This document shows positions 27,267 to 40,527 of a stretch of 64,000 nucleotides of DNA, in pieces; positions within the stretch are counted from its first letter, which is position 1, and each line of letters opens with the position of its first letter. The DNA is from Lama glama (lineage: Eukaryota). The stretch spans positions 29,452,001-29,516,000 of the forward strand of contig CM052817.1 of the NCBI GenBank assembly GCA_028534125.1, written 5' to 3'. The notes below the pieces were generated by a model. That model made no database searches. It saw only the letters and a list, made by a program, of their open reading frames with translations, and was not told the origin of the DNA. Position numbers and translations under genes: made by a program.

Positions 27267-27652
27267 AATCAAATTTATTTTAATGAATATAGTCTTCATA
27301 TCTTTATTTTCTTTTTTAAAGTCAAATCTAAAAGATGCTCAAAAGCTTAATTCAATATGGCCTCCTTTCAGAGGACAGGAAAAAAAGGTTCTCTCTCATT
27401 TAGTTCAGAAAAATACTGGCTTTTTAAAACTGTGACTTGTACATCAAGCTATTTATGATAGTTTCAGTGCTTATTGAAAATTTATTCTTTACTACTAATC
27501 TACTTCTCAGACAACAATGAATAATATAAAAAAATCACTTAGAATTGAGTGTCTAAGTCAGCTGAGGAGATTGTTGACAAAAATAAGTGGAAAATTTACT
27601 CTTACTATTAATAGCCAATTAGTTACAAAGACCTAACAGCAAAAATGCAAAC

Positions 27653-28344
27653 ATTATTCTTTCCTCTTCTGGCTTACTTCACTTAGAATGGTGATCTTCA
27701 GGTCTATTCATGTTGATGCAAATGGCATTAATTTGTTCTTTTTTAATGACTGACTAGTATTCCATTGTATGAATATACCACAGCTTCTTTAACCAGTCAA
27801 TTGTCGATGGACATTTAGGTTGTTTCCGTGTCTTGGTTATTGTATATAGTGCTGCTATGAACACTGGGGTGTGTATATCTTTTTGAATTAGAGTTCCCTC
27901 CAGATATATGCCCAGGAGTGGGATTGCTGGATCACATGGTAAGTCTATTTTTAGTTTTTTGAGGAATCTTCATACTTTTTTCTATAATGGCTGCACCAAA
28001 CTACATTCCCACCAGCAGTGTAAGAGGGTTTGCTTTTCTCTACACCCTCTCCAGCATTTATCATTTGTGGATTTTGAATGATGGCTATTCTGACTGGTGT
28101 AAGGTGACACCTTATTGTAGTTTTGATTTGTATTTCTCTGATAGTTAGCAATACTGAACATTTTTTCATGTGCCTGTTGACCATTTGTATATCTTCACTG
28201 GGGAATTAGTTACTTGTTTAGGTCTTCTGCCTATTTTTGGATTGGGTGGTTTGTTTTTTTATTAAGTTGTATGAGCTGTTTTTACATTCTGGAAATTAAA
28301 TCTTTATCCGTTGTATCATTTGCAAATATTTTCTCCCATTCTGT
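27653..28344 (-). mobile_element. L1 ORF2 C-terminal fragment lacking 3'UTR/poly(A), fused to an inverted RT segment
   Basis: ORF 27951..28184 on minus (NRHMKKCS...REIQIKTT...[10 protein letters not shown]) is the ORF2 C-terminal cysteine-rich region. Confidence 0.92.
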
Positions 28345-28491
28345 GAAGCCACCATCACCCTGATACCAAAGCCAGATAAAGACACTACCAAAAAAGAAAA
28401 TTACAGACCAATATCATTGATGAACACAGATGCAAAAATCCTCAATAAAATATTAGCAAACAGAATCCAACAGCACATAAAGATCATACAC
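28337..28491 (+). mobile_element. Inverted L1 ORF2 reverse-transcriptase N-terminal segment
   Basis: Translates as [46 protein letters not shown]. Confidence 0.93.
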
Positions 28492-28862
28492 TGTATGCTT
28501 TTTTAAAATCACTTTATAAACAATTCCACTTCTTTTACTCTTTACTACTATCGACATTTTCATAGATGTATCTCAAATAGATTTCCCACTCTATTGTTCT
28601 GCTCTTGCCTTTTCAATTCATTCTCCACCCAAAAGTCAGAATAAATTTTTTTTAACGTAATGAGATAATTGTACTCTGTTGCTCGTATTTCAATTGTTTT
28701 AAATTACACTTAAAAGGAAAATCCAAACTCCTTAATCTGATTTCCATCCCTGAAGTTATTTGACTTTTGCTTAGAACTACAACTTACTCTTTCTCTAGAT
28801 TACACTTCATTCACTACAGTTTTATTTTCTGTTCCTGAAACATGACAAATTTCACTCAGATA

Positions 28863-29190
28863 CTGTAGACTCCCAGTATCTGAGAGACTGGTTCCAGGAC
28901 CCCTGCAAATACCCAAAGCCTTGGATGCTCAAGTCCCTTTATAAAATGATGCAGTATTTGCATATAAACTTTACATGTCTTCTCATATACTTCAATATCT
29001 CCCTTACTTATTATACCTAATACAATGTAAATGCTATGTTAATAGGTTTAAATATAATGTAAGTATTATGTAAATAGTTGCCAGCATATGGCAAATTCAA
29101 CTTTTCCTTTTTGAAATTTTCTGGAATACTTTTGATCTTCTGTTGGTTGAATCCATGACTGTAGAACCTGAGGATAGGGAGGACCAACTG
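28863..29190. mobile_element. MER2B-like (TcMar-Tigger) MITE inserted in an L2 (L2 about 28500-29350)
   Basis: ctggttccaggacccc...ggatgctcaagtccctt...ttggttgaatcc...ggaggaccaactg; TA on both sides (28861-62 and 29191-92). Confidence 0.88.
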
Positions 29191-29694
29191 TATTGAGCTT
29201 ATTTGTTCCTATGACTGTACTATTTTCCCCCATGTTTGTTGCTCGGCTGACTCCTTCCTTGTCTTTTAGATTTCAACTAAAATGTCCTTCTGCAGAGAAA
29301 CCTTCCCTGACAACAACACAGTTGAAATGATCTTTCTACATCACTAATATGATTGTTTTAAGCACCTGCTTAACATTTTCCATTATCTCTCCATTAACTT
29401 CAGAATAGTTCCTAGATTATTATGGCAAGACACTTCATGAGATAATCAGTGTTGAACTGTCTTTTCCCATCTCCTGTAATTCCCTCCAACACTCATTTAT
29501 TACACCTATCCTCAAATAATATAGTTCACTGAATACTTTCTGATGTTTCAACACTCAGTGCTTGTATATAGGCAACTAAGAAAGAGCTTTGGGTTTTTTC
29601 TTCTTTCTGTTTTTGTTTTGTTTTGTTTTGTTGTGTTTTATAGAATCTCTTGCCTATAGTCCATTGCTATAAACTCCTTAAAGACAGAAGCCTG

Positions 29695-29830
29695 CTATGA
29701 AATGGAGATAAAGTTTCAGTTATTTAAGATAATGAAGTTCTAGAGATCTTCTGTGTAACACTGTACTTACAGTTAATAATGCTTTATTGTACACTTAAAC
29801 TTTTGTTAAGATAACAAATATAAATAAAAA
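29695..29830 (+). mobile_element. L1MA/MB-like 3'UTR fragment
   Basis: aaagtttcagtta...aagttctagagatct...tattgtacacttaaacttttgttaag. Confidence 0.7.
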
Positions 29831-30327
29831 TAAACTTCTTTCTTTATTTTTACTGCAATAAGAACACATCTCATGATGCAGTAAAAATAGAGAAATGTTT
29901 CTTTTTACCCTATGCTTGGAAAAATGTGTGGTATAATATATGATACTGGCAATACATATATATTTACACACACACATATATATGATATATATACATATAT
30001 GTATATTATACTGGCAATGTTTTAAAATAAATACAATTTTAAGTAAATAAATGTAATTTCATAATCTTTATATAGCTACATACAAACCCCAAATTGTACA
30101 GTCACTTGAGAGTTAGGTTGGCTATATTCTTCCTACCTTATCTCCTATATTTACCAAACTTTACATTTCTTATTGCTCCTGAATTACAACTACATGAAAA
30201 TAAACATGCAAGCTGGCAAAACTTGTTATTACTCAAAGCATAGAATGATAATAGTTAGGATGTGGAGGTATATTTGAGAAATTATTTTAGATGCTTTTCA
30301 AACATTGCTTAAGAACAATCTAGACCT

Positions 30328-30470
30328 GGGGGAGTACAGCTCAATGGTTAGAGTGCTTGCTTAGCATGAACAAGGTCTTGGGCTCAATTCTCAGTACCTC
30401 CATTAAATAAACAAACAAACAAACCTAATTACTGCCCCTCAAAATAAATAAAAGTCCCTTAAAAAAAAGA
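30328..30470 (+). mobile_element. tRNA-derived camelid SINE (Vic-1-like)
   Basis: tRNA-Ala-like head gggggagtacagctcaatggttagagtgcttgcttagcatgaacaaggtcttgggctcaattctcagtacctcca with A/B boxes, then aaacctaattac...cccc and an A-tail. Degraded TSD aagaacaatctagacc / aagaatagacc. Confidence 0.85.
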
Positions 30471-30589
30471 AAAAGAATAGACCACTGTTGAGCCCTCTTT
30501 GAGACAGCTGTCATGCAAGTATCTCCCCCCACCTCTGTAAGTAGTATTTTCGCTCACTTGATTGTTTCTTTGATAAAGTCTTCTTAAAT

Positions 30590-32002
30590 TCTTAGAAACA
30601 TAAAACATGCCAAGACTGAATCATAAAGAAATAAAAGGCCCAAACAAACCAATAACAAGTAAGGAGATGGAAGCAGTAATCAAAAACCTACCTATAAAAA
30701 CCAGAACCATATGGTTTTACAACCAAACATTTAAAGAAGACTTAATGCCAATCCTTCTCAAATTCTTCAAAAAAATTTGAAGACAGGAGAACACTCCCAA
30801 AATGACTTTATTAGCCCTACATTACCTGATACCAAAGCCAGATAAAGATCCTACAAAAAGAGAGAAAGTAACAGAACACTATCTGCGATGAACATAGATG
30901 CAAAAATCCTTAACAAAATACTAGTAAATTGGATTCGACAGCACATTAAAAGGACCACACACTATGATCAAGTGGGATTTATCCCTGGGAGTCAAGGATG
31001 GTTCAATACACACCAATCTATGTGATACACTGCATTAATAGAATGAAGAATAAAAATCACATGATCATCTCAAGAGATGGAAGAAAAATGCTTAAAAAAA
31101 TTCAACACACTTTTATAAGAACTGTCTACAAAGTAGGCATAGAAGGAGTGAATCTCAACATCATGAAGCTGTATATGACAAGGACACAGCTAATCTCATG
31201 TCAGTCATGAAAAAGTGAAACCTCTTCCTCTAAGATCAGGAACAAACAAGGACACCAATTTATGCAAACTTCATTCAATACAGCACTGAATGTCCCAGCC
31301 AGAGCCGTTAATTACAAAAAAAAAAAAGAAAAAAGAAAGAATAACCATATTGGAAAGAAAGTAGCAAAATTATGTTTGAGATGTCATGATCTATTATGTA
31401 GAAAATACTAAATACCCCTCAGAAATAACACCCCAAGCTATTCAAACTAATAAATGAATTCAATAAAGTTGCAGGATACAAAATCAACATATATATATTA
31501 GATATGTTTCTATATACCAACAGGGAACAAACTGAAAAGGCAATTTAAAAACCAGTCCCAATTACAATAGCATCAAAAAGAGTAAAATACTTAGGAATAA
31601 ACTTAACTAAGGAAGTGAAAAATCTACACACTGAGAACTACGAAATGTCAGTGAAAGAAATTAAAGCAGACACAGATAAATGAAAAGATATTCCATGTTC
31701 ATCAATTGGATAAATTAACATTGTTAAAACAACCATACTACCCAAAGAGATCTACAGATTCAATAAAATCTCTATCAAAATCACAATGGCATCTTTCATA
31801 GAAGTAGAAAAAAATCCAAAATTCATATGGAACTATAAAGGACCCTGAATACCCAAAGCAATCTTGAGAAATAAGAACCATCTGGAGCCATAACACCTTC
31901 TGATTTCAAACTGTATTACAAAGCTACAGTAATTAAAGCAGTATGGTACCAGCATAAAAACAGACATATAGACCAGTGGAACAGAATAGAGAGCCCAGAA
32001 AT
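30590..32002 (+). mobile_element. L1 ORF2 fragment (RT region and downstream), degenerate; ends in a (TA)/(TG) microsatellite to about 32055
   Basis: ccaagactgaatc, gataccaaagccagataaaga, tgatcaagtgggatttatccctggg, gttgcaggatacaaaatcaac, ggaacagaatagagagcccagaa; many stops. Confidence 0.93.
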
Positions 32003-32229
32003 ATATAGATATATATGCATGTGTGTGTACATATATAAGATATACATATATATCTTATAACTGATAGGAAAATTTAGAAGATAAAAATTCCTTACATAAC
32101 ATTTCAATTTTTTACCCTTTTCAAATTTAAATAAACTTGGAAGATCATCAAACTGTTTTACCTTAGACCAAGAATTAAAGTTTTAGTCCTGTCTTATATA
32201 CTTACTGTTATTAAAAAATAAAACAAAAC

Positions 32230-33075
32230 AAAAATACCCTCTTATCAGTCAATAACAAAAAAAAGTAAAGAAGAAAAACAGTAAAAGTGGGTTATCTACC
32301 TCAACAGAAATTTCACAATCAGAAACATATAAATTGCAAACAAGCACATGAAAATGTGCTCAGAAGTATTACTCCTGAGGGAATGTGATTAAAACTATAG
32401 TAAGATGCAACTTTGCACCCACTAGAATCACTAAGTTTTAAAGAAGTGATTGCAATAATACTGGCACAGATATGGAGCAACTTGAATGCTCAAATATTGT
32501 TAATGGAGGTGTTAAATAATATAACCGTTTTCTTAAACTCTTTGGCAGCTTCCTTTGCTATTAACAGATACCTACAAATTGACTCAGCAATTCTATTCCG
32601 AGGTAGAATTTGTCAAAGATAAAAGAACACTAACATGTGCAAAAATTTTTCACAAGAATGATCAATAGCAAGTTTGTTAATAATCAAATAGTTGAAACAA
32701 CACAAATGTCTATCAACAGATGAACAAATTATGAATTTCATAGAATAAAATATTATTTGTCTGGTGTATATATTAACATATGAACATAATCGATTCAAAA
32801 ACATTATTTTCAAGGATAGAAGGAAGACACCAAAGAGGGCATAATATATGATTCAATTTAAATAAAAGCCAGCAAACTAACTTAAAGTAATAGCAATCAT
32901 ATAAATAGTTTCCAATGGAGGTGTGCAGATTAACTGGAAGAGGACATAGGCAGACTTTCTTAAGTAATGAAAATACTCCATAATTTGTCTAAGGCATTAT
33001 TTATGTGGCTGAGTACATTGGTCAACACACATTAAGTTGTATCTTTAAGATTTATTTCTATTGTATGAAATTTAC
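32230..33075 (+). mobile_element. Old L1ME-like 3' end
   Basis: caagcacatgaaaatgtgctca, gactcagcaattcta, aaatgtctatcaacagatgaac, atgattcaattta, aactggaagaggacata. Confidence 0.75.
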
Positions 33076-33199
33076 CACCACTCCCACCCAAAAAACCTTC
33101 AATGAATTGTATTTGTCTTTAAAGTTTGTCTATTTTCATCAGTATAGAGTTGATATTTTGAAGAAGGACAAAAGTAGGAGACACCCCAAGTTGAAAGTG

Positions 33200-33827
33200 A
33201 TAGAGCTGAGAATATGAGGAAACCAAGGCCTCTGGAATTCACAAGGCAGAATTCTGGAAAGGAGAGCTGCTCAGGGAGAACTCCAAAGAACTTCAGAAGG
33301 TGGCCCTTTAGTATTCATCAGAATATTGATCAGCATGTGCTTGTGAGGAAACCACCCAAGATGTGGAAAGAAAAAATAGCTGAAAGTATTAGAGGGAACA
33401 GTACCTGATATTCTCTGGGACAGTATCTGGAATAGTTCCTGTTTCCAAGAGCCAGCCTGAAAAACTACGTAACTCATGAGTATTCAGAATTGTCTTGCTT
33501 CAGTAGTGGGGAATAATTAGCCATAAACTAGATGCGGCTCTGGTTTTACCTAACACGTCTTAAAACCAAGACCCAAAAGGTCAAACAGTATTCAACTTTC
33601 TTAAATGTGCCTCAGAACAAAGTTCAGAAATGGGAATACAAACTATCCAGGATCCCAAAATTTTGAATTTATAATGGCTGGCATTCAATTAACTATCAAG
33701 CACACAAAGAAGAAATAAAGTAAGACCTATAAAAAAGAAAAATCAATCCAAATGACCCATTACTGACACATATGAATTACAGAGATATGCATTCCACATA
33801 TTCAATAGTTAAAGGAACAATTGGCAT
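33200..33827 (+). mobile_element. Old L1M (L1MC/MD-like) 5' region
   Basis: gagctgagaatatgaggaaaccaaggcctctggaattcacaaggcaga...tttataatggctggcattcaatt. Confidence 0.6.
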
Positions 33828-34227
33828 TATAGTATTTTGCTTAGGTCACCATAACAAAATACTGCAAACTGTATGGCTTCATGAATGGAAATTTATTTCT
33901 TTTCACAATTCTGGAGACTAGAAGTCCAAGATCAAGGTGTCAGCAGGGTTGGTTTCTGGTGAGATCTCATTTCCTGGCCTATAGAAGGCTGCCTTCTAAG
34001 TGTCCTCACATGGCCTTTCTGCTATTCACATTTATTTCTAGTACCTCTTCCTTTTCTCTTAAGGACACCAATCAGATTGCATTAGGACCCACCCTAAGGA
34101 CTCATTTTAACTTGATTACCTATTTAAAGGCTCTATCATGAAATACAGTTACTCTCTAAGTACTGAAGGTTAAGGCTTAAACATATGATATGTGAGCAGA
34201 GGGAACAACACAGTTTAGTACATAACA
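33828..34227 (-). mobile_element. MaLR solo LTR (MLT1A0-like), full length
   Basis: cacaattctggagactagaagtccaagatcaaggtgtcagcagggttggtttctggtgag...cagtttagtacataaca; 5-bp TSD ggcat (33823-27) / gacat (34228-32). Confidence 0.9.
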
Positions 34228-34719
34228 GACATTTTCCATTAAAAGTGTTACATAGAGACATGTAACAAGCATGTTACACATATATTTTCTAAATGTATGT
34301 ATGCATGTGTGTGTATATAAAAGTGTGTATATACATATGCTGATTGAAATTCCCAAGTTGAAAATTACTATGTCTGAGATGAAAATGGGCAGATTAAAGG
34401 CAGATTTTACATTCACAAACTGAATAAATTTTATGGAAAAAAATAATATGTTGAAAAATATATGCAGAAGTAAGTTACAAGCACAAGTCAGTTCCTATTG
34501 TTTCCCTGCTGACTTGGAAAAAATGAATGCAAAGTAAAAAGTTCATTAAAGACAGCATTAAAGGTCAGCCTTTGGTTTTCTGGAATATAGCATTCCATGA
34601 CAGCCTTGTGAATTCATCTCTCAAAGGTTAGGAAGAACTTTTTGGGAAGAGACTTGCTAATCTATCTCAGCTTTTCGTAGAAAAATCCCAACCGTTTGTA
34701 CTGTTTTGGAACAAGCAAC

Positions 34720-34915
34720 AGCCTGGACTGGACCCAACTCAGGTTTAATTCCAATTCTAGTACTAACATGTGAAAATGTAGTCAAATTACTTAGTATCTT
34801 GAGGCCTACATTTTTACTGCTAATAAGGATAGTCATACGTAACTCATAAATTGCAATATGGATTAATAAAGTGATGTATTTTAAAAGTCCAGTCTAGTGC
34901 CTGGTTTAATTAAAT
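34720..34915 (+). mobile_element. MIR SINE
   Basis: aggtttaattccaattctagtactaac...gtcaaattacttagtatcttgaggcct...tagtgcctgg. Confidence 0.65.
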
Positions 34916-37900
34916 TACTTTCCCTTAATAACCGGGATAAAATGCCCAGGAAAAAAAAGTTCTAAACCAGATAACATAAAGATTAAGAGACACATGGCAA
35001 TTTCCAAGTAATGGAAATGGAGAATGTAATTTAGAGTAATATTTATATTGCTATAAAATATCAAACACACAAAATAGCTTGAAATTGGAAGAAAAAATAT
35101 AACTTGTGTTACATGTATAGTCAAATTTGGGTAGGTGTTTTTGCATCTTCAAAAGATCTTTATGAGTAAAGTATGCGAAGAAGAAACAAGAAGTAAAGTA
35201 TAATTTAAAAATTAAGGTAATCAGTTTAAGAATTAAGATTGCAGACAATTACTATAATATAAAGTATCTCCAAAAAGAACCAATCAGACATACATATACA
35301 TACAATAATAAACACAAGGAGTTGCTAAAGCTAATACAGGAGAGCAGATTTCCATCTGGTGGAAGAGTTATTAGGTTATTTTAAGCTATGAAAGAGGGGA
35401 TCTCCACTTAATTTGTAGAGTTTAGCAAACAGTTAATTTGAATATCCACATATTAAAGGCAAAAGCTTAATCCCAGAAGCACAGGGGTTGAGAGAGTTCA
35501 AGGTCTCCTCAGCAAGTCAACCTGGGCTGGACACAGAGGCAGTGTTGGGTTGAAAGGATTAGGAATCAAAGCCAAAAATAAGATGCCAGCAGTCCTAGAA
35601 TTGTGGAAACTTGACAGTTGTTTGTGGTTACGGCTAGACTTGGGCTGCAAGGGCAGAGATACTTAACTCCTCTGAGGGGAGTTGAGAAATAAAGAGTCTA
35701 ACAAATATGACCCATAGATCTGGGAGGAGGATGGTGTTTTCATTAGTGTTGAATGAATAAAAATGATGAAAAAGGCAAAACCAATAACTTGGCCAGGATT
35801 GTTGCCCAGAGTGAATATACTACTGAAGGTTTCACTTCTATGTACCATCTTTTATCATAGTAAGTCAGAATACTAAACTTTTCCTTTAATGGACAATTCA
35901 AGGTACCTGTGATACATGATGCTGTTAAAAACCTTTCATGTGGCTACAGTCCAACAGTCAGAGTCAGCCTTCAAACTGAATAAAAATACTTCTGTTTGGG
36001 GAACAGGAGGGAGAAAAATGACTCTGAAGCAAAGGGAGCAGGAGGCAGTATTGTAAAGAAAATGGAGAGAGAAAATGAGACTCTCTAAATAACTATCTCT
36101 TATTCATTCTTCATGACTGGCTGTGCTGGAAGTATGTGGTTGAAAGAATAATGTTCTTCTATCTGAAGTAAAGAATACGTTTTCCTGCATGTCTTGAAAA
36201 AGTCAGTGTCATCACCGGAGTTTACTCATCATTATAATGAGTGTATTATAGCTTCATGAGCTTATTATTTATTGCTGCCATAGTCTCTCGCTTATGGTAG
36301 GTTACTTGGTAAATTAAAGTTTTGTAATATTTACTGCAATGTACTGTACTTTAAAAATATATTTTTCAAAAATCCCTAGTTACCTTCTAGTACAGTGTAT
36401 ATGTACAAAGGAAATTCAATAAGTACTGTTGTATCTGTCCCTGTGATACAGGAATTTCCTAACTATCCCCATTCTCTCTTGCCTATCTTTTGTCTGAATG
36501 TATTTATTTATGCACAAACATTCATTTCAGTAAGGTAATAGTCCTTAATATCACCAAAGACACGGCAGACTGCTCATTCTATGTGCACACATCGTATATG
36601 CATTTAACTCTGGAAGGATGTTTGTGTAAAAAGCTATCTGCGAGCCTTCAAGCTGAATGTTTCTTTGAAACTAGAAACTGACGTAGGAAATGATGAAATA
36701 TGGGCCAATAGGCTCGGGAATTCTCTTTATTTTTTATTTGTTCAGAAAGTGTCTTGAGATTTTTTCTACTACTGTTGCCACTTTCAACTTGGATAGCCAC
36801 TGGGGAAGAGTTGAAAAGAGATCTTATCCAAGTCAGTGCCCATCTTTCTCATTATTTTACTCCATTGTCAGCCTTTTTTTTTTCCCCTTTAGGAGATTAT
36901 TCTCTCAAATTGTTCTTCTGTGTTGTAGTTAAAAGGCCAGTTTTCTGCAGTAAGGAGTTACACAGGAATTTCATAAATGCCCAGAAAAGTCTTAAAATTT
37001 TTATCTTTTGCTTTTTCTAATGAACTGACTACTCTAAAAATATGTGTATTACCATTTATTGAGAACTTTCTATGTGATAAGCATTGTGCTAAATGCCTAC
37101 ATAATTTTTTTCTAACTTGTGATTGACAGAAATGCAACTAAGATTAGTTTAAACAAAATTGTAAACATACTGGCTCAAAAATCCAATCAAACTTGAAGAT
37201 CTGGGCTTCCTTAGAGGCAAAGGTAGAGGTGAAATTCAGTGGGTAAAGTAAATAACTTTTAAAAACACTTGCCCTAGCAACTCAGAGCCAAGCTCAGTTA
37301 GAGCCAAAAGTCCTAATAGGACACTTGTGTTGTAACAAAAACAGCGAATGTGATTTAGAGAATAAACTGAAATTAGCTTAATCTCGTAATTAATCCCTGC
37401 TGTATCTGGAAAGACAAGGAGGAGTGGTTCACTGATATAAAAATTATTATTGGATAATCATGAACATTCATGGACACCAGAGTATAATTCTGCAAGTTAT
37501 TTACTTTACCCACTGAATCTCTAATCAGGCCACCAAAGTCTGAATCTCTTGAACATCTGATTTTCCCTTTCATTCACTTTCTACTAGGGTATCCCACTCC
37601 ACCTCCATTGTTACACACCTGTATGCATGGGGTCAGAAATTCCAGTTAATTGTTGCATGGGACAGCTTTGACAGGACTGGAAGGGAAACAAAATATTTTT
37701 CCAGTGTGGAAGTCAAGGAGGGGAAGTGGAATGGAATTTTGCACTCTTCAGGCTCTGTGATCTGGAAGGGTTCATTGGCCCTGCAGAGTAAAAGCCTACA
37801 GTCACAGCACATTTTCTTCTAAATAATAATAACTGCTTCTTATAACATTACTTGGTGATTTTGTGTTAAATGAGTTATTCACTTTTCTTTTTTCCATTTA

Positions 37901-37943
37901 ACTTAAGACCTGCCTCTTTAAAAATGATGAAGAAAGCATGAAA

Positions 37944-38231
37944 TAGTAAATAACCTTATGGTTACTGGGGGAAAGGGATTGGAAAGGGATACATTTGGGA
38001 GTCAGAGATTTGCAAATATTAGCCACTCTATATAAAAATAGATTAAAAAACATTTATTCTGTATAACACAGGGAACTATATTCAGTATTTTGTAATAACC
38101 TTTAATGAAAAAGAACATAAAACAAATATATGTATGTATATGCATGACTGGGACATTGTGCTGTACACCAGAAATTGACACATTGTAACTGACTATACTT
38201 CAATTTTTAAAAGTTATCTTCATTAAAAAAA
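37944..38231 (+). mobile_element. 5'-truncated L1 3'UTR insertion with intact 14-bp TSD
   Basis: aaccttatggttactgggggaaagg...acagggaactatattcagtat...gctgtacaccagaaattgacacattgtaactgactatacttcaat plus A-tail; TSD aagaaagcatgaaa at 37930-37943 and 38232-38245. Confidence 0.93.
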
Positions 38232-39099
38232 AAGAAAGCATGAAAATAATTAAGTCAGTTGGAGTGAGAGTTAAATGAAGATAATTCTGTATTGCCTCAC
38301 TTATTTTTTAATTTGAAAAAAAGTTTCAGGTAAAATACTTTAAAATAATTTTATATTTAGCATACTTTTTGGCTGATAAGCTAATGACAGAAATTATTAA
38401 CCTTAAAAAGTGCTTTTAGCAGAGGCTTTGCTTATGCTTAAGAATTTTAAATACTTGTATAATGGTCTATGTCCTGAATGTGGATTTTTCTATCCCAAGT
38501 AGAAATAAGGATTATAAAATTAAAATAGAGACTTTATTTTCCTATTTGTCATCATACTTGATTTCTGCTGTCCATGATGCTATTAAAATTAGCATTCTAC
38601 CACTGCTTTCCTAGTCTATATTCAGAATGATATGAAAATCAGGTAGGCAGGATAGTAGTGAAATAAATTAGTTTTTTACTTGATGGTTACTGACCAGCTG
38701 CTTCTAATTTGCTTACTTCCCTTTATATTGAAATATATAAATTATGGATAAAAGATAATATCTATTATATAGGAAACTAAAGGTCAATGAATGAGATTGA
38801 GATGAAAACCCCTGGGGTGGTATATTGTTTGCTAACTGAGAAACTGTTGATTTCCCACTTAGGCTAAGACACTGAAAAAGCTTCATATAGTAAAGCCATA
38901 TTGGAGAGAGGAAACAGGAAAGGACTCCTCCTCTCATCTGAGCTTTTATACCCAGAGAGAACCCTACAGTCCTTTCTTGAATGTGCAGGGCATTCTTGCA
39001 ACTTGGTAAACCCTTTTTTCCCCCATTTTCACTTTCTATGTCAGTTTGGAAGACAACTTACAGTGAAACAATCTGGTCTAGGTTATAAAGTAATGTGTG

Positions 39100-39538
39100 G
39101 CATTCCTTATAGAATCTCTTTCAAATGCTTTCTAGACTGTGTGTTAGGAGTCAGAAGAAGAGGATGCTGGAAGACAGCATCCAGAGGGCCGAAGGTCCTT
39201 TCAGTGCTTCTCCCAAACACATGCACACACATGCGCTCAGCTCGCATCAGGGCAGCGAGGTTCCCTCAGATTCTGGGGACTTCACCTATGGAGATCATCC
39301 ACTAGGCAGCTCCCCTTCCTAAGAGACATTAATTTTAGAGTCTGAGGATCCTAACCCAACTTCTTCTCTTTGCTTATATAGCCCTGAAGTGATAGCTGCT
39401 TCTTCAAATTGCTATCTCTGTATTACTTCATTGTTCCTATTAATTCTTTTCAGTCCATCAGTAACTATATAACCATTTGTTACATTAAATTTTGTTTAAA
39501 TAGTGTGTATGTTTCTATATCCTTGTCCAAATGACACA
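39100..39538 (+). mobile_element. ERVL solo LTR (LTR33-like)
   Basis: 3' end gctgcttcttcaaattgctatctctgtattacttcattgttcc...taaccatttgttacattaaatt resembles LTR33; 5' boundary uncertain. Confidence 0.6.
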
Positions 39539-40119
39539 AGAACGTTTAAAAAGGGTACCTGGAAACTGTGGAAATATGATAAGAAAGATTTCCCTGAAGT
39601 GATTTTTTAGTCAGATTTAAAGAAGTACCTCGAACCCAAATCAATCGTCTGATCTTTAGATCCATTAACACTGCCTACTGAAATCATTTTAAAGTTCTAT
39701 AGGTATCCCAAACTGATAAGATCAAAATAAATTCTTCCTTATGCTTTTGCCCATTAAACTCACTCTTTCATCACTCTCTCTGCCAATAAATGGCATCATT
39801 GTTCATGCAGTTATTTCAATCAAATATCTGGAGGTTATTACTGACTCCTTCTTTGAGCTATAAAATACTAACTATGTGATTTCTATCCTTAAATAGTTCT
39901 AAAATCTGTTCACTTATTTCTATCACCAATTACTACTTCCATCACATTCTTTGCCTCGACTGCTAAGGGAAATTTTCATTATGAAGAAATCACTTGGGGA
40001 TAGACAATGGTCCTCTTTAAAGCTAACACAAGAAATTTTACCTTCACTATTGGGATGGATAGCTGTTTCTTTGATTAAGTACCAGATAAAGCAGTCCAGG
40101 GTTTTGTTTTAACAATAAG

Positions 40120-40527
40120 AATCCCACTCCTGGGCTTGTATCCAGAAGGAAATCTACTTCAGGATGACACCTGCACCCCAATGTTCATAGCAGCACTATT
40201 TACAATAGCCAAAACATGGAAACAGCCTAAATGTCCATCAACAGGTNNNNNNNNNNNNNNNNNNNNNNNNNNNNNNNNNNNNNNNNNNNNNNNNNNNNNN
40301 NNNNNNNNNNNNNNNNNNNNNNNNNNNNNNNNNNNNNNNNNNNNNNAGAGAAAAAAATGTGACAATGAGTGTGTATATCTCCATGAATGACTGAAAAATT
40401 GTGCTCTACACTGGAATTTGACACAACATTGTAAAATGATTATAAATCAATAAAAATGTTAAAAAAGAAAATAAAATTATATACTTACACTGAAAAAAAA
40501 AAGAGAAGATAATCCAGAAAAAAAAAA
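40120..40527 (+). mobile_element. Young 5'-truncated L1 3' end with a 100-N gap (40247-40346) and a multi-part A tail
   Basis: Highly similar to about 1714-1822 and 2183-2305 of the first L1 (DTCTPMFIAALFTIAKTWKQPKCPS). Confidence 0.93.

Noticed and set aside
30328..30402. tRNA-Ala gene
   Set aside because: Degenerate stems and B box, followed by a SINE body, A-tail and TSD; it is a SINE head.
38901..39322. 134-aa ORF
   Set aside because: Overlaps an LTR33-like element, has a TTG start and no recognisable domain.
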